From: an uncultured Chloroflexia bacterium
GTDB lineage: Bacteria; Chloroflexota; Limnocylindria; Limnocylindrales; CSP1-4
NCBI GenBank assembly: GCA_963778645.1
Contig: CAVZVH010000025.1
Location: 18,789 to 82,788 of the forward strand
Direction: 5' to 3'
Length of the DNA: 64,000 bases
Notes under the pieces: model-generated
Told to the model about the DNA's origin: nothing
The model's database searches: none
The model's input: only the letters and a program-made list of their open reading frames with translations
Shown: piece by piece, positions 34,106-42,930 of the stretch
How the letters are laid out: each line of letters starts with the position of its first letter
How positions within the stretch are numbered: position 1 is the first letter of the stretch
Program-made: the position numbers and the translations under genes

Positions 34106-34760
34106 ATGTCCGAGTGTCGCGTCCTCAGGCTGGTCCGCTTCCGGCCGGTCCACAAGGGGTTCGATGCGACGTTGCGCGACCACCTGATCCCGGACCTGGT
34201 CGCGTTTCCGGACCTCGTCGACGTGTATGTGGGTCGCCAGGGCCCGGACGAGATGGGCGAACGATTGGTCGCGTCCGTCTGGGGGTCAAGATCGGCGATG
34301 ACGACGGCCGTCGGTCAGACCCTCGATCCTTCCACGTTCCATCCGGAGCGCCTGGCCGAGACCATCGACCAGGCGTTGGACGTCCATGAGCTGGACCTCG
34401 CGTTGCGCTTCGATGCTGCGCCGGCGCCGATCAAGTCGGAGACCGGCATCCTGCGCCTGGTCCGTGGGCAGGTCCGCCCGGGTGAGATCGCCGCCTACCG
34501 CGAGGCGGTCCGGCTCGGGACGATCGCCGATGCCGACGACGGTCATGGACCGCTCGCGCTCTACCTGGCGGTCGAGCTCCCGGAACGGATTCGTGACCTT
34601 GTCGACTTGGTCGTCATGGTCGGCGCTGGAGACCGCGACCGGCGGCCATGTCCAGCGACCGATCGCCACTCGCCATGAAGAGCTCATCCAGTCCTGGCAG
34701 GCCGTCCACTACGAGGTCCTGCCGAACATGACCCACCCGATGAAGCCGGCCGGGCGATAA
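34106..34760 (+). CDS. Hypothetical protein (two similar alpha/beta halves); one frameshift near 34585
   Basis: MSECRVLRLVRFRPV...LVASVWGSRSAM and ILRLVRGQVRPGEIAAYREAV...LYLAVELPER continue after a shift as FVTLSTWSSWSALETATGG..WQAVHYEVLPNM. Stop at 34758-34760. Confidence 0.5.
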
Positions 34761-34794
34761 GGGCCGGCACGGGCCAGGTCCGCGGCGCACGGGG

Positions 34795-35619
34795 CTAACC
34801 GGCGAGCGCGAGCAGGGCTCCGTGATGCGCGGCCGGTGCCGCCAGCGTGCCGATCGACTTGGATGGCTTGGCGATCTCGAACCACGGGCCGCCGTCCATC
34901 GCGGTCACGCAGGCCCCGGCCCGCTCGGCGATCAGGCCGGCGGCGGCGATGTCCCAGGTCGAGAGCCCGCCCTGCTGGACGAAGGCATCGAAGCGCCCGT
35001 TGCCGACGTACGCGAGGGCGAGCGCGGCCGAGCCCATCGAGCGCGGGATGCGGATGGCCTTGCGGATGTTGCGGGCGCGGGATGCCGCGGTGCGGCCATT
35101 GAGCGCCATCGAGATGACGAAGTCGGCGAGCTTCTCCTTGTCCGACGCGTGGATCGGGCGGCCGTCCAGGGTCGCGGGACCATCCGCGGTGGCAGCAAAC
35201 GATTCGTCTCTGGTCGGGTCGCGCACCACGCCGACGACCGGCTTGCCGTCCGCGACCAGGCCGATCGACACGCAGAAGAACGGGATGCCGTTCGCGTAGT
35301 TCACCGTGCCGTCGAGCGGGTCGACGATCCACACCCGGCCGCGCCCGGAGGTGGGCGCCTCGCCCTCGACCGCCCGATGCTCCCCGGACTCCTCGGCCAG
35401 GATCGCATCGTCCGGATAGGCTGCCCGGATCGCGTCCAGGATGAGCGCCTCGGACAGGTGGTCGGCTTCGGTGACCACATCCCGGGCGCTCTTGAAGTCG
35501 ATCCGCTCGAGCCGTTCGTAGCGGTCCATCAGGACATCGCCGGCTCGGACGGAGAGTTCGAGCGCGAACGCGAGTTCGGCGTCATGGCCGGCCACGGCCG
35601 ACACAGGGGCCTCGGTCAC
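34795..35619 (-). CDS. Inositol monophosphatase-family enzyme (SuhB/ImpA/HisN-like)
   Basis: The GTG start overlaps the upstream stop (GTGA). DVVTEADHLSE, ILAEESG, WIVDPLDGTVNYANGIP and WDIAAAGLIAERAG. Confidence 0.85.
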   Translation of the reverse strand: MTEAPVSAVAGHDAELAFALELSVRAGDVLMDRYERLERIDFKSARDVVTEADHLSEALILDAIRAAYPDDAILAEESGEHRAVEGEAPTSGRGRVWIVDPLDGTVNYANGIPFFCVSIGLVADGKPVVGVVRDPTRDESFAATADGPATLDGRPIHASDKEKLADFVISMALNGRTAASRARNIRKAIRIPRSMGSAALALAYVGNGRFDAFVQQGGLSTWDIAAAGLIAERAGACVTAMDGGPWFEIAKPSKSIGTLAAPAAHHGALLALAG

Positions 35620-36116
35620 GGCGCGCTGCAGTCGACGGTCAGGTCGCGGACGGTGGAACCGAGTTCGCTCACGGTCTTCGTGAACGTGACCGCGGCGCCG
35701 GGATCGATCCTCGGGCTCAGCATGAACGCCGAGCCGCCACCGCTGCGATCCAGTGGATCGGTCAATCGGCAGGTGGTCTGACCGACGGCCGTGCCCTGGT
35801 TCGTGACCGTCAGGGTGATCGCGAGGCCGGTCCCGTCCGGCACCGCGCCGACCACCATGCCCTGGAATGGCCCGACACCGGCCAAGGTGAGCCGGCCCAG
35901 GAGGGCGAGCCCGATCACGGCCGCGAGCACCGCGATGAAGACCGTGCCGTGGACCTGGGACGACGCGGAGTCCTTGAGCCCGAGGGGATTGCATCGCTCG
36001 CACAGGCCGACGTCGAGCGGCACGGGCGCTCCGCACCGGATACAGCCATGCGTCAGCTGCGGCTGGCCGGGCGCCGGGGCCGCGCCGGGCGATGCGGTCG
36101 GCGGTGGCGTGGTCAC
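35616..36116 (-). CDS. Hypothetical membrane protein with an N-terminal zinc ribbon, one TM segment and an extracytoplasmic beta-rich domain
   Basis: CIRCGAPVPLDVGLCERCNP (CxxC..CxxC), TM segment GTVFIAVLAAVIGLALLG, then LAITLTVTNQGTAVGQTTCRL...VTFTKTV..LTVDC. Confidence 0.7.
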   Translation of the reverse strand: MTTPPPTASPGAAPAPGQPQLTHGCIRCGAPVPLDVGLCERCNPLGLKDSASSQVHGTVFIAVLAAVIGLALLGRLTLAGVGPFQGMVVGAVPDGTGLAITLTVTNQGTAVGQTTCRLTDPLDRSGGGSAFMLSPRIDPGAAVTFTKTVSELGSTVRDLTVDCSAP

Positions 36117-36176
36117 GACCCGATGGTGCCACGAACGGCGACACGTGACGCTCAGGGCGGCAACGGCACGAGACGC

Positions 36177-37058
36177 CTACCAGCGCTCGGTGGCCTCCAC
36201 CAGCGCATCCACGTCGGCCGTCGTCCTGGCGAGCACGATGACCCCGTCCGCACCAGCCTCGCGCCAGCGATGCCAGGTCTCGCGCGGGGCGGTCACCCAG
36301 GGCGACCCCTCCAGGGTCTCGTCGGATAGCCAGTCGCCCTGGAACCCGACGTACACGCGCTGGTCCTCCCGTCGCCGGCCGCTGGTCGCGAGCGCCTCCA
36401 GGTACAGCGGCAGGTGTTCCACGAAGTTGTCCTCGAAGGTCGTCCAGCCATCGCCGATCCGCCCGGCCAGACGCGCTCCCGATGGCGTCTCGCCGCCGAC
36501 GACGATCGGCGGCGGCGGTGTCGGCACCGGATGCGCATACGCCTCGGTCAACGGGTAGAACGGGGACGGCCGCGTCACCGGTCCCCCGGTCCAGAGCGCG
36601 CGGATGACCGCGACGGCCTCTTCCAGCCGTGCGACGCGCTCCGGGGCGGGTGGGAAGTCGATGCCGTAAGCGGCATGCTCCTTCGGGTGCCCGCCGATCC
36701 CGACGCCGAGGATCAGCCGCCCACCGCTCGCGACCTGGAGCGTGGACGCCATGCGGGCGACGAGCGCCGGGTGCCGATTCATGACGTTGAGCACGAATGA
36801 CCCCACCGACGCCTGGGTCGTCGCCCCGGCGGCCATGGCCAACGCCGTCCAGCCTTCGACGACGGGCACGCTCAGGTCGCCCCGGCCCATGAAATGGTCC
36901 CAGGCCCAGAGGCTCGCGTAGCCGGCACCGTCCAGGCGTCGGGCACTCTCCAGCCACCAGCCGGGCTCGGCCCGGATCGTCCGGAGGCACACACCGATCG
37001 GCAGGCCATGACCCCGCCCGATCGGGCCATCCCCGTCATCGGGCAGGGAGTCGGTCAC
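36177..37058 (-). CDS. LLM-class (luciferase-like) F420-dependent oxidoreductase
   Basis: YASLWAWDHFMG, GSFVLNVMNRHPALVARMASTLQVASGGRLILGVGIGG and EHAAYGIDFP. The start overlaps the mtnP stop by 4 nt. Confidence 0.85.
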   Translation of the reverse strand: MTDSLPDDGDGPIGRGHGLPIGVCLRTIRAEPGWWLESARRLDGAGYASLWAWDHFMGRGDLSVPVVEGWTALAMAAGATTQASVGSFVLNVMNRHPALVARMASTLQVASGGRLILGVGIGGHPKEHAAYGIDFPPAPERVARLEEAVAVIRALWTGGPVTRPSPFYPLTEAYAHPVPTPPPPIVVGGETPSGARLAGRIGDGWTTFEDNFVEHLPLYLEALATSGRRREDQRVYVGFQGDWLSDETLEGSPWVTAPRETWHRWREAGADGVIVLARTTADVDALVEATERW

Positions 37059-37909
37059 AACCTGGTCTCGAAGAGCCGGATGTCCTCGGGCGCGATCGTG
37101 TGCCCGTCGCCCCGGGTCGGAGCGAGGGCCTTTCGAGCCCCGAGCGCGTCAAGGCCGACCGGGAATCGCCCGATCAGGTCCAGGACCACCTTCTGGATCC
37201 GCTCGGCGTTCGCCGTGAAGACCTCCAGCACATCGGTCGCGTTCACCGCCTCGGTGCCCTCGTGAACACCCGCGTCGTAGTCGGTGATGAGGCTGATGTT
37301 GACGACGGCCATGCCGAGCTCGCGACACAGCCACGCCTCCGGGTACTGGGTCATGTTGATGACCTCCCATCCGGCATCGCTGAACCACTTCGACTCGGCC
37401 TTCGTGGAGAAGCGCGGGCCCTGGATCACGACGACGGTCCCTTCCTCGTGGACCTCGATCCCGTGGTCGCGGATCGTGTCGATCGCGAGGCGTCGCAGGA
37501 CCGGGTCGTACACCGCGGCGGACGACAGGTGGGTCACGATCGGCCCGTCGTAGAAGGTGTCGGCGCGCCCGGACGTCCGGTCGACGAACTGGTCGCACAC
37601 GACGAAGTCGCCGGGCTTCACCGCCAGCTGGAGCGAGCCCGCTGCGCACGGGGAGATGGCGGCCTTGACTCCGAGCGAACGCATCGCCCAGACGTTGGCG
37701 CGGTAGTTGATCCGGTGCGGCGGGATCGTGTGGCGTCGACCGTGGCGCGGCAGGAACGCCACCTTCCGGCCAGCCACATCCGCCAGGAACAAGGAGTCCG
37801 ACGGCGCGCCGTAGGGCGTGTCGACCTTGATCTCACGGACGTCCTCGAGCAGCGAGTAGAACCCCGAGCCTCCGAAGACCCCGATCTCCGCCGTGTCCGC
37901 CACGCTCAT
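37055..37909 (-). CDS. mtnP: S-methyl-5'-thioadenosine phosphorylase
   Basis: IGVFGGSGFY, TPYG.PSD, VAFLPRHGRRHTIPPHRINYRANVWAMRSLGV, GPRFSTKAES and INMTQYPEAWLCRELGM. The ORF extends to 37984. Confidence 0.9.
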   Translation of the reverse strand: MSVADTAEIGVFGGSGFYSLLEDVREIKVDTPYGAPSDSLFLADVAGRKVAFLPRHGRRHTIPPHRINYRANVWAMRSLGVKAAISPCAAGSLQLAVKPGDFVVCDQFVDRTSGRADTFYDGPIVTHLSSAAVYDPVLRRLAIDTIRDHGIEVHEEGTVVVIQGPRFSTKAESKWFSDAGWEVINMTQYPEAWLCRELGMAVVNISLITDYDAGVHEGTEAVNATDVLEVFTANAERIQKVVLDLIGRFPVGLDALGARKALAPTRGDGHTIAPEDIRLFETRL

Positions 37910-37979
37910 GCCTCCATGCGGTGATGCCAACGCGCCCGGACCGGCGATCGCGCCGCCGTCCGGCGACCGCGGCCGGTCG

Positions 37980-38007
37980 TTCAATTCTAGGCGGACGGGG
38001 CTACGAT
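37980..38007 (+). promoter_or_regulatory. Candidate promoter for the 38056 gene
   Basis: TTCAAT-N16-TACGAT lies about 50 nt upstream of ATG 38056. Prediction from sequence only. Confidence 0.25.
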
Positions 38008-38055
38008 GGCGCGGATCACCCGCGCACCACCCGCACCACAGCTCGAGGGACGGCC

Positions 38056-38409
38056 ATGGACGACTCGAACCCGACCCCTACGACCCGCGTCTCGACCCCG
38101 TCGCTGGACGCGACCGAGGAGGCCCCGGCGACCCCACCCCCTTCGAGCGAGTCGACCTTTGGGGCCGCCCCGCCCCCGGCGACGCCGCCGCCATCCTGGT
38201 CGCAGCCCCGAAAGCGCGATCGCGACGGCGGGCGGATCTGGACGCTCGTCGTCGGCCTGTTCATCCTGGGACTCGGCGTCTGGTTCTTCCTGGAGCGCAC
38301 GCTCGGGCTCGATCTGCCGGCGATCCGCTGGAGCCAGCTGTGGCCGGTCATCCTCATCGTCATCGGTGCGGTCGTGCTGCTCGGCGCGCTGCGGCGCGAG
38401 CGACGCTGA
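38056..38409 (+). CDS. Small membrane protein (LiaF/PspC-like DUF5668-type TM pair) with a Pro-rich N-terminus
   Basis: RIWTLVVGLFILGLGVWFFLERTLGLDLPAIRWSQLWPVILIVIGAVVLLGALRRERR. Confidence 0.7.
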   Translation: MDDSNPTPTTRVSTPSLDATEEAPATPPPSSESTFGAAPPPATPPPSWSQPRKRDRDGGRIWTLVVGLFILGLGVWFFLERTLGLDLPAIRWSQLWPVILIVIGAVVLLGALRRERR

Positions 38410-38413
38410 GCGG

Positions 38414-39082
38414 GTGGTCGACCCACTCGACTGGGCGCAGGGCGACGGCTCGACGACTGATCGCCTCTGGCTCGCTGATTGGCGGCAACGGGTGGCCGCG
38501 CTCTACACAGAAGTCCGGGCCACGGCCTCGGCCGATCCGGATGCCGCGCTGACGCACTGGCGCGCTGTCCGTGAGCGACTCTTTCGCGAACACCCGCAGT
38601 CGCCGGTGCCGCGTGATGCCCGGGCCGCTTTCGAGGCCCACCACTTCGACCACGACCCGCGACTGCGTTTCGTGGTGCGACTGGAGCCGGCTCCGCCGCC
38701 GGCCCCCGGCGCATTCGCGCTCGAGCTCCCGAACAGCGGCGCGGACACGCTCTCGTTCCGTCGCATCGGGACCGTCACGTTGCCGCTCCCCGAGGGTCGA
38801 CGGCCGCTCTCGGTCTTCTGGATGGCCGGCTATGCCGGGGGCCTGTTCATCCCATTCCGCGATGCCACGAACGGCACCGAGACATACGGGGCGGGCCGCT
38901 ACCTCGTCGACACGGCGAAGAGCGCTGACCTCGGTGGCGACCCGGCGTCGAGCACGCTCATCCTGGACTTCAATTTCGCGTTCCAGCCTTCGTGCGCGTT
39001 CGACCCCCGCTGGGCGTGCCCGCTCTCGCCGCCCGAAAACCGTCTCGACGTGGCGATCCGCGCCGGTGAACGCCTGGCATGA
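38414..39082 (+). CDS. DUF1684-family protein
   Basis: WRQRVAALY, FDHDPRLRF, VFWMAGYAGGLFIPFRDATNGTETYGAGRYL, LDFNFAFQPSCAFDPRWACPLSPPENRL. Confidence 0.8.
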   Translation: MVDPLDWAQGDGSTTDRLWLADWRQRVAALYTEVRATASADPDAALTHWRAVRERLFREHPQSPVPRDARAAFEAHHFDHDPRLRFVVRLEPAPPPAPGAFALELPNSGADTLSFRRIGTVTLPLPEGRRPLSVFWMAGYAGGLFIPFRDATNGTETYGAGRYLVDTAKSADLGGDPASSTLILDFNFAFQPSCAFDPRWACPLSPPENRLDVAIRAGERLA

Positions 39083-39630
39083 CCGCGGCGACGGTTCGCC
39101 TCGCGACGCCCGAGGACGCCCCGACGATCGCCGACATCCACATCCGGAGCTGGCGATCGACGTATCGCGGCCTCGTCCCCGACGCCGTCCTCGATGGCCT
39201 GTCGCTGGAACGTCGCACCACGAGCTGGCGGGAAGCCATCGAACGGCAAGCGCGCGAGATCGCCGCCGAGCCCGCGAAGGCGATGGATCGAACGTGGATC
39301 GTGGAGACGGACCTCGGCGTGGCCGGGTTCGCGTCGTCGGGCCCTGGGCGCGCTGAGTCGGCGCCGCCGCCCGCGGGTGCCGGGGAGGTCTACGCGATCT
39401 ACCTCGCGCCCGGGGAACGGGGTCGCGGGTACGGCCGGACCCTGTTCGGGCACGTCGTCTCGGACCTGCAAGGCCGGGGGTTCGACCCGATCGTCGTCTG
39501 GGTCTTCGAGGCGAACCCGGTCGCCCGCCGCTTCTACGAGGCGGCCGGCTTCCTCGCCGACGGCGCTCGTTTCACCATCGACTTCGACGGGCTCCCGATC
39601 GACGAGATCCGGTATCGGCTCGACGGGTAG
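39079..39630 (+). CDS. GNAT-family N-acetyltransferase
   Basis: ATGA overlap with the upstream gene. VRLATPEDAPTIADIHIRSW, EVYAIYLAPGERGRGYGRTLF and NPVARRFYEAAGF. Confidence 0.85.
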   Translation: MTAATVRLATPEDAPTIADIHIRSWRSTYRGLVPDAVLDGLSLERRTTSWREAIERQAREIAAEPAKAMDRTWIVETDLGVAGFASSGPGRAESAPPPAGAGEVYAIYLAPGERGRGYGRTLFGHVVSDLQGRGFDPIVVWVFEANPVARRFYEAAGFLADGARFTIDFDGLPIDEIRYRLDG

Positions 39631-39817
39631 GCGCTATCATCTCGGAGGCGTGACCCACGCCGAACCTCCTCGCCGGTCCCCACGCGACCGGCCTCGCGGA
39701 GGCAAAGGGGATGATGTCCTCGGGTCGGACTGACTCGCGCCATCTCGTCCGTTCCAGCACGGCCGTGGCGCCCGTTGTGCGTGGGGCATGGGTCGCCGGC
39801 CGGGAACGAGGCTTGAG

Positions 39818-41137
39818 ATGACCGACCGAAAGCACCTGAAGTCACGTGTTCGTGCTCGCATGGAGCGAACCGGCGAACGCTATGCCGCGGCACGCGCGCA
39901 CGTGGTCGCAACCACGACCGCGACCGAGACCGACGATCCCTCCACCACCGCACCGGGAACCAACCCCGGAGCCGCCGCGCTCCGCCTCCTGCTGGCCGAG
40001 GCCGGGCTGCGCGTGACCGAACCGCATGCCCTCGTCATCGGCGGCGGCATCGGCATCGGCGTCTTCCAGTTCCACTACGCCGCCGAGGGCGTCGGCACGT
40101 TGTTCCTCGCCGGCCGGCACCGCTGGGATGACGACCTCGCGTTCCTCGACGGCGGGCTGCGCCGCCTCGGCCTGGTCCCGACCGTGACCGAGACGTCCTC
40201 GCCCAAGCTCGCGGATCGTCAACTCCGGGAGGCCCTGGCCCCGGGGCGCCCGGTCATCGCCTGGGTCGACGCCGCGGTCCTGGGCACGCGCGGCTATCCG
40301 GCCGACTGGGAAGGTGGCGGCTACCACGTCGTGGTCGTGCGGGCCATCGACGACGCGCGAGGCGCCGCCGTCCTCGACGATCTCGCGCAGGTCCCGGTCG
40401 AGGTCCCGCTCGAGGTGTTCGGACGGGCGCGGGCGCGCATCGCGAAGCAGAAGCACCGGCTGTTGTGGCTCGGTGACGACGCCGGGGTCGTCGGCCCCGA
40501 CGTCGTGCCGGATGCGGAACGAGCTGGTCTGCGGGCCACCGTCGACGGGCTCGACCACCCCCGCACCCGCCAGTTCTCCCTGGCGGCCTTGACCGATTGG
40601 TCCGCCCGTCTGCGCGGCACCGGCCGTGACAGCTGGGCGACCGTCTTCCCGCCGGGCGAACGACTCTGGTCTGCGCTGGCATCCGTCCACGAGTTCGTTC
40701 GCTACTACGGCTCGGGAGGTGGCCTCATGCGCACGATGTTCGGAGCGGGCCTTGAGGACATCGCCGAACACGGCGGAGATGGCCGTCTCGCCGCGCTGGC
40801 GCGGCGGTACGCAGGTTCTGCCGACGGACGCACGCTTGCCGACGCCTGGAACGACCTCGCGGCGGCGGCACTCCCCGATGCGGTCCCGGCGTTCCGACGG
40901 ACGCGCGAGCTCCAGGACCTTCGCGCCACGGCGTACCGGATGCAGGGCACGACGGCCCTGCCCGAGGTGCGGGCGGCATGGGATGAGCTCGCGGCGATCC
41001 GCGAGTCGATGCGCCGGAGATTCCCGCTCGACCGTGCCCAGGCAGACGACCTGCAGCACGACCTCGCGGATCGGGTCGATGCCATCGCCATCGAGGAACG
41101 CGAGGCCCTCGAGGCACTTAGGGCCATCACCGCCTAG
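39818..41137 (+). CDS. BtrH_N-like / DUF4872-like protein
   Basis: GAGG lies 6 nt before ATG 39818. MTDRKHLKSRVRARMERTGERYAAARAHV, then LLLAEAGLRVTEPHALVIGGGIGIGVFQFHY.., VIAWVDAAVLG..GGGYHVVVVRAIDD.., and a long helical C-terminal half. The family call is tentative. Confidence 0.7.
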   Translation: MTDRKHLKSRVRARMERTGERYAAARAHVVATTTATETDDPSTTAPGTNPGAAALRLLLAEAGLRVTEPHALVIGGGIGIGVFQFHYAAEGVGTLFLAGRHRWDDDLAFLDGGLRRLGLVPTVTETSSPKLADRQLREALAPGRPVIAWVDAAVLGTRGYPADWEGGGYHVVVVRAIDDARGAAVLDDLAQVPVEVPLEVFGRARARIAKQKHRLLWLGDDAGVVGPDVVPDAERAGLRATVDGLDHPRTRQFSLAALTDWSARLRGTGRDSWATVFPPGERLWSALASVHEFVRYYGSGGGLMRTMFGAGLEDIAEHGGDGRLAALARRYAGSADGRTLADAWNDLAAAALPDAVPAFRRTRELQDLRATAYRMQGTTALPEVRAAWDELAAIRESMRRRFPLDRAQADDLQHDLADRVDAIAIEEREALEALRAITA

Positions 41138-41307
41138 ACGCCCAGCCTCGCGATGTGGCGCGGCCGGCCGACCGGCCGGCCGCGCACCACCAGACACCAC
41201 CCCTCGCCTCCGAACTGGTACCAACGGCCCAGCGTCCATGGGACCCTCGGGTCCGGCCCGGCACCGATCTCCGGCCCGATGATGCCCATGTCGTCGAGTC
41301 GATGCAT
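41134..41307 (-). CDS. Possible 57-aa small ORF (below the ORF-track length cut-off)
   Basis: GAGG lies 6 nt before ATG 41307. MHRLDDMGIIGPEIGAGPDPRVPWTLGRWYQFGGEGWCLVVRGRPVGRPRHIARLGV. Third-codon-position GC is high. The last 12 codons are encoded by the 41158-41185 palindrome, which weakens the call. Confidence 0.2.
   Translation of the reverse strand: MHRLDDMGIIGPEIGAGPDPRVPWTLGRWYQFGGEGWCLVVRGRPVGRPRHIARLGV
41158..41185. repeat. Perfect 13-bp GC inverted repeat (bidirectional terminator-like) 20 nt after the 39818-41137 stop
   Basis: GCGCGGCCGGCCG-ac-CGGCCGGCCGCGC. No U tract on either strand. Confidence 0.45.
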
Positions 41308-41343
41308 CCAGCGCCTCGGCTCACACCGAAGCAGCGGTAGCCC

Positions 41344-42474
41344 GTGCGCCTGTTACACACACGTCGGCCCGAGGCCGAGCGGCTCCTGTGGTCTCGAGAC
41401 ATCCGGTTCGCCAACCGGCTGGCCTCGGTGGTCGTTGGCGCCCGCGTCGTCGAACTCGAGTCCGGGACCGTCCTGATCGCGCCCGCCCACCTGCTGACCG
41501 AGAGCCTCGTCAAGGAGATCGCGGACGGCGCGCGCGACCCCGAATACGGCCTGGTGATGGTCGATTGGACGTTGCCCGAATCAGACCGCTACCTGATCGC
41601 GACCTCGGCCGCCGTCCAGCTCAGCGGCCTCGCGGACCGGATCGGGATGGCCCAGTCGAGCATGGTCGTCCAGACCAAGATGCTCGACTACTTCTTCAGC
41701 CTCCGCACGCTGCACCGCGTGGCATTCCAGCCGATCGTCGACCTGGCTACCTCGGAGCTGCACGAGTACGAGTGCCTGTTCCGCCCGCAGATGCCGATGT
41801 TGCCGCAGTCGATCTCGTCCATCGTCTCGGCCGCGATCTACACGGAGCGCTCGATCGAGCTCGACCTCTTCATCATCGGAACGATCCTGGAACGGACCGG
41901 ACGGCTCGAGGCGATCAACCGCGAGGCCGGCAAGGAGCCGCGACGGTTCGGCATCAACTTCACGCCCGCGAGCCTGCTCGATCCGGCCTTCGAGGCCAAG
42001 GCGCTCGCGGCGATGGTCCGGGCCGCCGGTCTCTCCCCGTCGCGCATCACCGTCGAGTGCACGGAGCAGCAATCGGTCTCCGACCTCGGACCGCTCAAGC
42101 GCCAGGTCAAGGCCCTTCGCCGGTTGGGGTTCGGTTTCGCGGTCGACGACGCGGGAGCCGGGTACGCGAGCTTCGCGCTCGTCGCCGCCCTGCGGCCGAC
42201 GATCATCAAGATCGACCGCGAGATCACGCACGGGATCGCCCGTGACGACGCGAAGCAGGCGCTGGTCGAGGCGTTCGTGTCATTCGGCCGGCGCATCAAC
42301 GCGAAGCTGGTCGCCGAGGGGATCGAGACCCGCAAGGACCTCGCGAAGCTTCGCGAGTTCGGGGTGGACTACGGGCAGGGGTATCTCTTCGGCAAGCCCG
42401 CAAACGAGCCGGCGAAGCCGCGCCGCATCGAGATGGTCAGGCGACACGCGGCTCGCGTACCATCGAGGGTATGA
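41344..42474 (+). CDS. EAL-domain protein (putative c-di-GMP phosphodiesterase) with an unassigned ~125-aa N-terminal domain
   Basis: FQPIVDLATSELHEYECLFRP, INFTPASL, ITVECTEQ, FAVDDAGAGYASF, IKIDREI, LVAEGIET and GVDYGQGYLFGKP. Confidence 0.85.
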   Translation: MRLLHTRRPEAERLLWSRDIRFANRLASVVVGARVVELESGTVLIAPAHLLTESLVKEIADGARDPEYGLVMVDWTLPESDRYLIATSAAVQLSGLADRIGMAQSSMVVQTKMLDYFFSLRTLHRVAFQPIVDLATSELHEYECLFRPQMPMLPQSISSIVSAAIYTERSIELDLFIIGTILERTGRLEAINREAGKEPRRFGINFTPASLLDPAFEAKALAAMVRAAGLSPSRITVECTEQQSVSDLGPLKRQVKALRRLGFGFAVDDAGAGYASFALVAALRPTIIKIDREITHGIARDDAKQALVEAFVSFGRRINAKLVAEGIETRKDLAKLREFGVDYGQGYLFGKPANEPAKPRRIEMVRRHAARVPSRV

Positions 42475-42908
42475 CCCAGACCACGGTGGTCGTCCTTCCA
42501 GACACCGTCCGCGCCTTCCTCGCCAGCGGTCTCCGCTTCGCCACCATCGCCACGATCGACCCTGACGGCGCCCCGCGCCAGGCCGTCATCTGGTACACCC
42601 TCGATGGCGACGGTCTGCTCATCAACAGCGCCGTCGGACGACGATGGCCGGCCAACCTCGTGCGCGACCCGCGGATCTCCGTGGCGGTCGCGGAGGCCGA
42701 GGACGCCTACCGCTGGGTCGGGCTCACCGGCATCACGGAGGCGATCACGGACCAGCCGACCGCGCAGGCTGACATCGCGGCGATGGCCCGCCGCTACCAT
42801 GCGGACGAGCCCGTCGAGGCGGAACGCCTCATCCGTGACCGTTTTCAGCGCCAGGAACGCATCAGCTTCCGGGTCCGCGCATTCGCGATCCACGACCACC
42901 GAGCATGA
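42471..42908 (+). CDS. PPOX-class (pyridoxamine-5'-phosphate-oxidase-fold) probable F420-dependent enzyme
   Basis: FATIATIDPDGAPRQAVIWYTLDGDGLLINSAVGRRWPANLVRDPRISVAV. The start overlaps the EAL stop by 4 nt. Confidence 0.85.
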   Translation: MTQTTVVVLPDTVRAFLASGLRFATIATIDPDGAPRQAVIWYTLDGDGLLINSAVGRRWPANLVRDPRISVAVAEAEDAYRWVGLTGITEAITDQPTAQADIAAMARRYHADEPVEAERLIRDRFQRQERISFRVRAFAIHDHRA

Positions 42909-42930
42909 TCACCCGAGCGGCTGCCGCCTG

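Noticed and set aside
39631-39817. Nested hairpin GGAGGCGTGACCCACGCCGAACCTCC and a 36-codon ORF (MMSSGRTD...) between the GNAT and BtrH-like genes.
   Set aside because: The hairpin is short with no U tract. The ORF has mediocre third-position GC and no ribosome-binding site. This is insufficient to call a feature.
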